DNA from: a virus
Reading direction: 5' to 3' (one strand)
DNA: 64,000 nt
Virus record (IMG/VR): IMGVR_UViG_3300036770_005052
Location: 1-64,000 of that record
Shown piece after piece: positions 7,767-14,737 of this stretch. Numbering within the stretch: position 1 is the stretch's first letter; every line of letters starts with the position of its first letter. The notes under the pieces were generated by a model. The model did no database searches. It had not been told where the DNA came from and saw nothing but the letters and a program-made list of their open reading frames with translations. A program made the position numbers and the translations under genes.

Positions 7767-7856
7767 GGGAGAGCACCTTGGTTGGTGGGTACGACGGTAT
7801 CAGAGACGGTTCGATTCCGTCCATTGGCAATGGTGGTTCGATTCCACCCTCTCCCA
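7767..7856 (+). ncRNA. tRNA-like RNA with two T-arm-like hairpins
   Basis: Perfect GGGAGAG/CTCTCCC+A acceptor stem; GACGG-TTCGATT-CCGTC and GGTGG-TTCGATT-CCACC. Confidence 0.65.
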
Positions 7857-7860
7857 ACTT

Positions 7861-7932
7861 GGCAGTGTAGTTCAGTGGCAGAACAAGAGATTCATACCCT
7901 CTATGTCGGTAGTTCAATTCTACCCACTGCCT
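7861..7932 (+). tRNA. tRNA-Met/Ile2(CAT)
   Basis: Cloverleaf; TT-CAT-AC loop. Confidence 0.85.
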
Positions 7933-7933
7933 T

Positions 7934-8005
7934 GTGTCGTTAGCCTAGTGGTCAAGGCATCTGTTTGTGAAACAGAGGAGATGAGTTCAATTCTCATACG
8001 ACACC
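7934..8005 (+). tRNA. tRNA-His(GTG)
   Basis: TCTGT-TTGTGAA-ACAGA; C discriminator. Confidence 0.9.
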
Positions 8006-8007
8006 CC

Positions 8008-8081
8008 GTTCGGGTGGCAGAGTGGTCGAATGCGGAAGTCTGCAAAACTTCTTATCGTGGGTTCGAATCCCACCCTGAACT
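8008..8081 (+). tRNA. tRNA-Cys(GCA)
   Basis: GAAGT-CTGCAAA-ACTTC; U discriminator. Confidence 0.92.
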
Positions 8082-8086
8082 CCTAA

Positions 8087-8158
8087 TCCAGAATCGACTA
8101 ATTGGCAGGTCAGCACCCTTTGAAGGTGTACGTCTAGGTTCGAATCCTAGTTCTGGAA
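8087..8158 (+). tRNA. tRNA-Gln(TTG)
   Basis: GCACC-CTTTGAA-GGTGT; U1-A72. Confidence 0.92.
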
Positions 8159-8161
8159 CTT

Positions 8162-8235
8162 GTCCGTGTAGCCCAATTGGAAGAGGCACCACCTTGAGGG
8201 GGTGGGTGTTGGAGGTTCGAGTCCTCTCACGGACA
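8162..8235 (+). tRNA. tRNA-Leu(GAG), short variable loop
   Basis: CCACC-TTGAGGG-GGTGG; 5-nt variable loop; A73. Confidence 0.85.
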
Positions 8236-8238
8236 TAT

Positions 8239-8312
8239 GCCCGATTGATGGAATTGGCATACATACTTGCCTTAGAAGCAAGGTTTTACAGGTTCGAATC
8301 CTGTATCGGGCA
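8239..8312 (+). tRNA. tRNA-Leu(TAG), short variable loop
   Basis: CTTGC-CTTAGAA-GCAAG; 5-nt variable loop; A73. Confidence 0.88.
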
Positions 8313-8316
8313 CCTT

Positions 8317-8388
8317 GTTGGGATGGTGTAATTGGTAGCACGGAAATCTCCAAAATTTCTAGTTAGGGTTCAAGTCCCTATCCCTTCG
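8317..8388 (+). tRNA. tRNA-Trp(CCA), two U-U mismatches in the acceptor stem
   Basis: GAAAT-CTCCAAA-ATTTC; acceptor GTTGGGA/TCCCTTC. Confidence 0.8.
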
Positions 8389-8391
8389 CCT

Positions 8392-8468
8392 GCCCTCTTA
8401 ACTCAGTGGACCAGAGTGCTTGGCTACGAACCAAGAAGTCGCAAGTTCGAATCTTGCAGAGGGTGCCA
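8392..8468 (+). tRNA. tRNA-Arg(ACG)
   Basis: Cloverleaf; encoded CCA. Confidence 0.93.
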
Positions 8469-8505
8469 TTTAAATCTAAATAGCAACGAGAGGTGTGATA
8501 GGAAA

Positions 8506-8976
8506 ATGGAATTAGTAGAACCACATTCAACTATACTAGTTCTGAATAGTTCTTACGAGCCACTACACTTCACTAATTGGAAACGTGCAATTGGTTTACT
8601 TTTTAAACAGAAAGCAAAACTTATCTCCAAGAGAATTATTCGTTTGGTAAATTATGTGAAACTTCCATTTTCCTATGGGAAATCCAATTACCCAACGAGA
8701 GCACTCATCTATAAACGGGATGATTATGAGTGTCAGTATTGTGGGTCTAAAAATGACCTTACAATTGACCATATAATTCCCCGCTCAAAAGGTGGTCAAG
8801 ATACTTGGGATAATTTAGTTGCTTGTTGCACATCTTGTAATCTTAAAAAAGGAAATAAACTTCTTAAAGATACTAATATGGTCTTAAAAAGTATTCCACA
8901 AGCACCAATTAGTAGAGTGATACTTGATATTCAGAAAACAAAAGTTTCTGAATGGAAGGACTATTTGTTTCAGTAG
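8506..8976 (+). CDS. HNH endonuclease (McrA-like)
   Basis: VLNSSYEPL, RDDYECQYCG, LTIDHIIPRSKGG..W.NLVACC..CN; the longer ORF-track start runs through tRNAs. Confidence 0.88.
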   Translation: MELVEPHSTILVLNSSYEPLHFTNWKRAIGLLFKQKAKLISKRIIRLVNYVKLPFSYGKSNYPTRALIYKRDDYECQYCGSKNDLTIDHIIPRSKGGQDTWDNLVACCTSCNLKKGNKLLKDTNMVLKSIPQAPISRVILDIQKTKVSEWKDYLFQ

Positions 8977-9070
8977 GGGGTTGACAAATTTTTGAAAATA
9001 CCCTAATATATAAAAGACAGAGGTTAAGTCCCTGATATGTCCTTGAGGCATACCACACTTAACCCTTCAT

Positions 9071-9145
9071 CGTGGGGAAGTGTAACGGTTGCACAGAAGT
9101 CTCATAAGCTTCAGGTAGGTGGTTCAACTCCACCCCCCGCCTCCA
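9071..9145 (+). tRNA. tRNA-Met(CAT), initiator-like 1:72 mismatch
   Basis: C1xC72; CT-CAT-AA loop; encoded CCA. Confidence 0.85.
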
Positions 9146-9149
9146 ATTT

Positions 9150-9222
9150 GGGGAATTAGCTCATTTGGTAGAGCACCGCTTTTGCACGGCGGGGGTGAGG
9201 AGTTCGAGTCTCCTATTTTCCA
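9150..9222 (+). tRNA. tRNA-Ala(TGC)
   Basis: G3-U70; TT-TGC-AC loop. Confidence 0.92.
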
Positions 9223-9273
9223 CTGGGGAAGTGATCCTGCGGATTCGTCCAAGAGCTCTCCTTCTCCTTATAT

Positions 9274-9346
9274 TCCACACGACCGAGCAAGCGAACGGGC
9301 CCGTCTGTTAAACGGAGATAGCTAGGGGCAGTACCTAGGTGTGGAG
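9274..9346 (+). tRNA. tRNA-Asn(GTT) with non-canonical D/T loops
   Basis: TCCACAC/GTGTGGA acceptor; CT-GTT-AA; T-arm CTAGG-GGCAGTA-CCTAG. Confidence 0.8.
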
Positions 9347-9394
9347 TTTCTAACCTTTAAAATATTATAAATAATAATAAAGTTGGAGGTTAGA

Positions 9395-9937
9395 GTGTCT
9401 AGTAAAGCAGTAGTTGAATTTCGTCAAAGAAGAAAAAGATGGGCAGTTGAAGCATTTGGTGGTAAGTGTGGTATTTGTGGATATAATAAATGTGTTGAAG
9501 CATTGGATTTTCATCATATTGATCCTACACAAAAAGATTTTACCTTAACAGCATCAGTAGCAAATCGACAAATATTTGTTGAAGAACTTAAAAAGTGTGT
9601 TTGTTTGTGCTCTAATTGCCATCGTGAAGTTCATTCTGGCGTTACACAAATTCCCGATAATATATTAAAATTTGATGAAAGTTTTTCTAATAAACCTGTA
9701 CCAGAAAAACCAAAACATCCTTGTAAAGAGTGTGGAAAACTAACAACAGTTAATCATCTATTTTGCTCAATAAAATGTTCTAATAAAAATAAAGAAGTTG
9801 CCAAGTGGCCAAATAATCAAGAACTACAAAAGTTAGTTGATGAATATGGTTATCGAGGAACTGGTAGAATGTTTGGAGTTAGTGATAATGCGGTTAGAAA
9901 AAGATTGCAGAAACGAGGACTATTGACATCTGTTTGA
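9395..9937 (+). CDS. HNH homing-endonuclease-like protein with Zn finger and C-terminal HTH
   Basis: GGKCGICGY..ALDFHH..CLCSNCHREVH; GTG start after GGAGG; late promoter at 9366. Confidence 0.82.
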   Translation: MSSKAVVEFRQRRKRWAVEAFGGKCGICGYNKCVEALDFHHIDPTQKDFTLTASVANRQIFVEELKKCVCLCSNCHREVHSGVTQIPDNILKFDESFSNKPVPEKPKHPCKECGKLTTVNHLFCSIKCSNKNKEVAKWPNNQELQKLVDEYGYRGTGRMFGVSDNAVRKRLQKRGLLTSV

Positions 9938-9960
9938 GAATATGATAATATATAGATATT

Positions 9961-10080
9961 GGAAGGTCTGGAAATGTCTGGGTCTTCCTTTCTAAATCCT
10001 AACCTTGTTAGGTCGGGGATTTGATCACCCCCGCCAGTTGCAGAAAGTGTCTTCTGCGGGTGTCGGGCACTCGATACCCA
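9961..10080 (+). ncRNA. Multi-hairpin RNA ending in a kissing-loop pair
   Basis: Five hairpins; loops AGUGUC and GGCACU are complementary; promoter TTGACA(9923)..GATAAT upstream. Confidence 0.6.
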
Positions 10081-10083
10081 TTT

Positions 10084-10155
10084 GCCCTTGTAGCTCAGTG
10101 GTAGAGCAACGGTTTTGTAAACCGTTGGTCGCTGGTTCAAATCCAGTCGGGGGCT
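10084..10155 (+). tRNA. tRNA-Thr(TGT)
   Basis: ACGGT-TTTGTAA-ACCGT. Confidence 0.93.
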
Positions 10156-10233
10156 TGACATAATACCCATTATGTCTTATACTTCATATGTCCGTGTGAA
10201 GTGAAGTGCTGGGAGAGTCAAATCTCCCATTTT

Positions 10234-10305
10234 GCGGAGTTAGTTCAGTGGTAGAACGCTATCCTTCCAAGTTAGATGTCGTCGGTTCGAATCCGATACT
10301 CCGCT
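10234..10305 (+). tRNA. tRNA-Gly(TCC)
   Basis: GCGGAGT/ACTCCGC; CT-TCC-AA. Confidence 0.92.
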
Positions 10306-10362
10306 TTCCCCAAAATCATGGGGATACTAAATAATACTCGTAGTTGTAAATCTTAATACAAT

Positions 10363-11247
10363 ATGACTTTTCAAAATATTATTACTGCTAGTGTAGTTGC
10401 TACGACTTCTTTGGTTGCGCCTGCGATGGCGCAAGTCACTAGCGTTAAGCAACTGAGTGATGTTCAACCTACTCAGTGGTCTTATCAAGCAATCACTAAT
10501 TTGGTAGAGCGTTACGGTTGTGTTGCTGGTTATCCTAATGGCACTTTCCGTCCAGGTCAACCTGCAACTCGTGCCGAACTTGCTACTCTGACTAATGCTT
10601 GTCTTGATCGCATTAGTGAGTATCAAAGTGCTGCTGATGCTGCTCTTGCTTCTGCTCTTCGTGCTGAATTTGCCAAAGAACTCGCTGTTACCAATACTCG
10701 CGTGTCCGCTCTCGAAGTTGCCACTGCTCAAAAAGCTCAAGGTGTTGGTAACTATGTTGGTGTTGGCGTTCTTCTCAATCAGCAAGGCACTGCTGGTAAC
10801 GGTTTCAGTGCTCAGCGTACCATCTCCGGTGCTACCGTTCAGGCACGTTATGCCGTGAAGAACTTCACCAATCTGAATGCTGTTTCGGTTCGTCCTTATG
10901 CTAGCTTCGTAGGCACTCCTGCTGGTCAGTTGGGTTCTGGTGGTGGTGCTCTGGTGTCTTATGACTGGAGCATCTCTCGTGCCAAGTCTGGTGCGAGCCG
11001 TGCTAACGTCTACACTGGTGTTGGTTATCAGATCCCCTTCGTAAACAACACTGCTGCTAACTTCCAGTCTGCTGTTGGCAATCGTGGTCAAGTTGTTCTT
11101 GCTCTTGGTGTCGAAGGTCGTATCACTAACTCTCTGGTTGGTTTTGCTGATCTCAAGTTCCCTACCACCAATGCTTCTAATAGCTATGGTGTTACTAACG
11201 GAACTTATTCACCCGTATTCACTACTGGTTTGGGCATTAAGTTCTGA
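10363..11247 (+). CDS. SLH-domain outer membrane protein (cyanobacterial porin-like N-terminus, short beta-barrel)
   Basis: Signal peptide; QVTSVKQLSDVQPTQWSYQA..LVERYGCVAGYP..TRAE; C-terminal Phe. Confidence 0.85.
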   Translation: MTFQNIITASVVATTSLVAPAMAQVTSVKQLSDVQPTQWSYQAITNLVERYGCVAGYPNGTFRPGQPATRAELATLTNACLDRISEYQSAADAALASALRAEFAKELAVTNTRVSALEVATAQKAQGVGNYVGVGVLLNQQGTAGNGFSAQRTISGATVQARYAVKNFTNLNAVSVRPYASFVGTPAGQLGSGGGALVSYDWSISRAKSGASRANVYTGVGYQIPFVNNTAANFQSAVGNRGQVVLALGVEGRITNSLVGFADLKFPTTNASNSYGVTNGTYSPVFTTGLGIKF

Positions 11248-11328
11248 TATTTTAATACGTAGTGTAAATTGGGGGGAGTTGACAACGACTCCCCTTTTTA
11301 GTATAATAGGTATTGAATCAGGAGGTTT

Positions 11329-11487
11329 ATGTCTCTCATTTCTCAAATGGACCGTGAAATGGTCATTGAAGCACTTGAGTATTATATTGATAAATTAAAA
11401 GAAGATAATTGCACTCAAGCATCTATTACGGTGTTTAATACTCTTCTTCGCTGGATTGAACTAGAGCATTTTAAAAATGAAAATTAA
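11329..11487 (+). CDS. Hypothetical protein (52 aa)
   Basis: AGGAGG RBS; MSLISQMDREMVIEALEYY... Confidence 0.7.
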   Translation: MSLISQMDREMVIEALEYYIDKLKEDNCTQASITVFNTLLRWIELEHFKNEN

Positions 11488-11641
11488 TCTCTGGTACTGT
11501 AAAGATATGAATCTTTGGCGTTGGACTCTGATTGATGATCATCGACCAATAGTAAAACAAGAGTCTGGACAGAGAGAAAATCTACGAGATGCCATGAATG
11601 ATGTGGCTAATACAGTAGAATATCTTATGGGTCAGTTTTGA
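11477..11641 (+). CDS. Hypothetical protein (54 aa)
   Basis: MKINLWYCKDMNLWRWTL...; overlaps the upstream stop. Confidence 0.65.
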   Translation: MKINLWYCKDMNLWRWTLIDDHRPIVKQESGQRENLRDAMNDVANTVEYLMGQF

Positions 11642-11649
11642 CTTTTTAT

Positions 11650-11722
11650 GCCCGATGACCCAGCTAGTGAAGGGACCTGCCTTACAAGCAGGCAGCGGTA
11701 GGGGCGGAACCTATATCGGGCA
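11650..11722 (+). tRNA. tRNA-Val(TAC) with non-canonical D/T loops
   Basis: GCCCGAT/ATCGGGC; CCTGC-CTTACAA-GCAGG; T-arm GTAGG-GGCGGAA-CCTAT. Confidence 0.82.
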
Positions 11723-11751
11723 CTTTTATAAATACCTAAAAAACTGGTATA

Positions 11752-12186
11752 ATGGAAAAGTTATATAAATTACTTTCTGATACTCAAGCAACTCTTTTTA
11801 TGTTGTTTCAGAAAACTTGGGTCTATCACTGGAATGTGGTGGGTTCGGAGTTTTATCAGTTTCATAAAGTCTTCGGTAAACAATACGAAGAAATGTTTGA
11901 AGAGATTGATCGGCTCACAGAGCACATGAGATACCTGAAAATTAAACCTGTTAGCACTCTCACAAGAATTACTGAAGTTTCTCACGTTCTCGAAGCAAAT
12001 AACAAGCTTGATGATGTGGGAATGGTAAAAGACTTGATTGCTGATAACGAAACTTTGGTTGGTCTTTTTAAACAAGTTGCCGAAGAAGCAGAATTGCAAA
12101 AATCAAGAGGCACTACAAATCTTGTTGATGATTTGAATGAATCACACGGAAAATTTATCTGGATGTTAAGATCTTTTACTGAATGA
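11752..12186 (+). CDS. dps: Dps family ferritin-like DNA protection protein
   Basis: HWNVVG..F..FH..F..QY......ID.L.E and H.K..WML motifs. Confidence 0.9.
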   Translation: MEKLYKLLSDTQATLFMLFQKTWVYHWNVVGSEFYQFHKVFGKQYEEMFEEIDRLTEHMRYLKIKPVSTLTRITEVSHVLEANNKLDDVGMVKDLIADNETLVGLFKQVAEEAELQKSRGTTNLVDDLNESHGKFIWMLRSFTE

Positions 12187-12192
12187 AATACG

Positions 12193-12450
12193 ATGGAAAA
12201 TTTAAGAATCAGATGTCGCTCCTGTGGAAAGGAGTTAGAAGGGCATCCAACGAAAACTGTGACTTGTGGTTGTCCAAATATGGCAACTATTCGTGGAGAT
12301 AAGATTTCGGCAGTTGACTTGGACAACATAGTTATGCTAAACTCTTATCATAGAAAATCAAAGTCTGGTGTTCTCACTAACGAAGACCTTGCTTTTCAGG
12401 AAGCAAGAAGGCAACGTAAAGTAAGAAGACTTGATTTTGAAGTCCGTTGA
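12193..12450 (+). CDS. Zinc-ribbon hypothetical protein
   Basis: CRSC...CGC motif. Confidence 0.7.
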   Translation: MENLRIRCRSCGKELEGHPTKTVTCGCPNMATIRGDKISAVDLDNIVMLNSYHRKSKSGVLTNEDLAFQEARRQRKVRRLDFEVR

Positions 12451-12460
12451 GGACTTTATT

Positions 12461-12547
12461 GGAGAGTCAAACCGATAGGTGACGGTAGCTGTCTTGAAAA
12501 CAGTCGAGGTGTTAAAGCCCTTAGGCGTTCGATTCGCCTACTCTCCG
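12461..12547 (+). tRNA. tRNA-Ser(TGA)
   Basis: GGAGAGT/ACTCTCC; CT-TGA-AA; long variable arm. Confidence 0.92.
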
Positions 12548-12660
12548 TTACAAATATTACAAAATTTTAGATTTTTTTAATCTATATTTGAGTATCAACA
12601 CAAACTTGACAAGTTGAAACTATCGATTAGTATAACTAGTAGTATTCAACTTAAAACCTT

Positions 12661-12813
12661 ATGGATCAGCACACCTATGAGAACTGGGTGAAGATCAAGG
12701 AGACATTCGAATCTTCTGGTAACACTAACAATATGTTCTATAAAAGAGCAGTTGAAATTGTAAAAACCAGAAAAGATCCTTTGGCAAAATTTCTTGGAGA
12801 TGAGAAGTGGTGA
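12661..12813 (+). CDS. Hypothetical protein (50 aa)
   Basis: MDQHTYENWVKIKETFESSGNTNNMFYKRA...; TTGACA/TATAAC promoter upstream. Confidence 0.7.
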   Translation: MDQHTYENWVKIKETFESSGNTNNMFYKRAVEIVKTRKDPLAKFLGDEKW

Positions 12814-13010
12814 AACCTCAAGATGAATTGGTAAGTCGTTATGAAGTTCAGGGGATGATTGATGCAGCAATACGACGACACAATCGTAATGCTTCTATCA
12901 TTAGTATGTGCATCGGTTGGGTGGTTCTTGCTTTATTTGCTGAGGGACTCCTCCGACTGGTAGGTGTTATTCCACCATTATTACCGTTTTTAAAATTCAC
13001 GTTAAATTAA
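12807..13010 (+). CDS. Small membrane protein
   Basis: IDAAIRRHNRNASIISM followed by a hydrophobic helix. Confidence 0.7.
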   Translation: MVKPQDELVSRYEVQGMIDAAIRRHNRNASIISMCIGWVVLALFAEGLLRLVGVIPPLLPFLKFTLN

Positions 13011-13182
13011 CTATGTTAGAAGAAGATTATAAAGAACTTTATGATCTTATACAAAAACTAAAAATGCAAGAATTATTTGAAGAACCATCTACTTACGAAG
13101 ACGAGGAAGATGATTAAAACTGTTATATCTTCAATTTTACTTTTTTCTTCAATTATATTGTTTATCTGTTGGGGATTAACTA

Positions 13183-13377
13183 ATGCTTACCCACACTAAG
13201 CAAAGATATAATTTTGCTATGACTTGCTTTGTGAGGTCTTATGGCAGAAGAGTTTTGAATGATGAAAGTATCAAACAATTTTGCAAAGAGTGGTCTGAGT
13301 GGGATATAAATGCTCCACTAGACGATAGTGTAGATCAATACTTTCATTATGAATATAAGAATTGGAGAGGAGTATGA
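13183..13377 (+). CDS. Hypothetical protein
   Basis: 64-aa ORF in a run of small coupled ORFs. Confidence 0.55.
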   Translation: MLTHTKQRYNFAMTCFVRSYGRRVLNDESIKQFCKEWSEWDINAPLDDSVDQYFHYEYKNWRGV

Positions 13378-13511
13378 TTTTTCATATAGTAGAACTACTT
13401 GCATCAAATCCAGTATGGATAGGACTATGTGGAGGTGGATTAATTATTCCACCTATCATAGGTATAATGATTATACATAATAATAAACAAAAATAATTTA
13501 ATTAAAAATTT

Positions 13512-13949
13512 ATGGCAACCGTTAATTATACTATTACTAACTCAGTAAAAGATAGCTGGACTGGATATTTTGAAGTAAGTAGCTTATCTAGTACTGTAAG
13601 CGATTATAATTCAATTAGTGCTATTGGAGCTGGTACTGGATTATTTTCTTTTACTCCAACTCAGTTTGAAATGTATCCTGATAATCCAGGTACTAATGTA
13701 GGTAGAACTTATGTTACTTGGAGAAGTATTGCCTTTCCTGGAGAACAGTTTCCATCTTCTGGCTATAGTTTTGATATTTGGTCTGAGGGATTATATACTG
13801 CAATTAATTCTGGTGCAACATGGAGTACATTGATTAGTACTGGAACTTATAGTCTTTCAAATAATAAATGGACAGTAGTTTATAATTATGATCCTCCGTA
13901 TCCATTATTTCATGGACAGAATGGTACAATTACTTTTACTGCTGGATAA
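13512..13949 (+). CDS. Hypothetical Ser/Thr/Tyr-rich beta protein
   Basis: 145-aa ORF with phage-like codon use. Confidence 0.6.
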   Translation: MATVNYTITNSVKDSWTGYFEVSSLSSTVSDYNSISAIGAGTGLFSFTPTQFEMYPDNPGTNVGRTYVTWRSIAFPGEQFPSSGYSFDIWSEGLYTAINSGATWSTLISTGTYSLSNNKWTVVYNYDPPYPLFHGQNGTITFTAG

Positions 13950-14001
13950 TGTAGATTGACAATTCACGTTTATGGGAGTATAATTACTTCCATAAACATT
14001 A

Positions 14002-14075
14002 CGGGGTGTAGCGCAGTTTGGTAGCGCATCCGCTTTGGGAGCGGGAGGTCGTAGGTTCGAATCCTATCACCCCGA
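14002..14075 (+). tRNA. tRNA-Pro(TGG), canonical host-like copy
   Basis: CGGGGTG/CACCCCG; TT-TGG-GA; own TTGACA/TATAAT promoter. Confidence 0.95.
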
Positions 14076-14150
14076 TCGCCAGTTTCTTCACTGGCACACT
14101 TGACATAAAAAATTAAATACCTTATAATACATAAGTCAACATTCAAAACA

Positions 14151-14366
14151 ATGTCTCTGATTCAAAAATTCAAAAAAGATGTTAGCACTCTTCGTCTTGC
14201 CGCTAACGGGGAAATCTACCTTGATGTAAAGAATCCGAAACTTTATAAAAAGGTTCGTCGCTTCTACGAAAATGAAGGAGTGGTATTTTCTGGTGATCCT
14301 CTTGATGATTACGAAATGCTTATGGAGTACATCGATCAAGATCTTGAATCTATTGAGGTTGCATGA
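14151..14366 (+). CDS. Conserved cyanophage hypothetical protein
   Basis: 71 aa behind TTGACA-17-TATAAT. Confidence 0.7.
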   Translation: MSLIQKFKKDVSTLRLAANGEIYLDVKNPKLYKKVRRFYENEGVVFSGDPLDDYEMLMEYIDQDLESIEVA

Positions 14367-14498
14367 TAGAAAAACTAATCAAAGTAAAGTATCAGTTCAA
14401 AGAACATAAAAATGTTGTTCTTAGTAAGTTTTTTAAAACCGAAGAACAAGTTAATTCTTTTAAAGAACATCATCCAGATTATATCTACTTGAATTGAT

Positions 14499-14735
14499 AT
14501 GAAAACTAAAGTTCTTCTGGAACGTGAGGGATACCGTTTTATTGAAGCAGGTATTCTTGAGATAAACGGTAAACCCGATTATCGTCTGCAAAAGCAAAAT
14601 CATTACACCAAACGCTGGAATGACATTTATTTTTTTGATAATAGTCTACAATGTTCTACTGCAATGGAAGATTTTGAATATGCGCGTTGGCTTGACCCAG
14701 ACAGAGTACCTTGTTATGTAAGAGACGATGATTAA
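14499..14735 (+). CDS. Hypothetical protein
   Basis: 78-aa ORF. Confidence 0.65.
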   Translation: MKTKVLLEREGYRFIEAGILEINGKPDYRLQKQNHYTKRWNDIYFFDNSLQCSTAMEDFEYARWLDPDRVPCYVRDDD

Positions 14736-14737
14736 AT

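Noticed and set aside
6706-10170. ORF-track calls overlapping the tRNA array (e.g. 6706-7074, 7765-8331, 9850-10170)
   Set aside because: They run through clear tRNA cloverleafs and arise from locally higher GC.
10327-11091. 254-aa antisense ORF opposite the porin-like gene
   Set aside because: It is a shadow of biased codon usage on the coding strand and has no recognisable motifs.
12547-12605. HLR1-like TTACA repeat and NtcA-like GTA-N8-AAC after tRNA-Ser
   Set aside because: Repeat spacing is 9 rather than 10 nt and the NtcA half-site is imperfect, which is too weak in AT-rich DNA.
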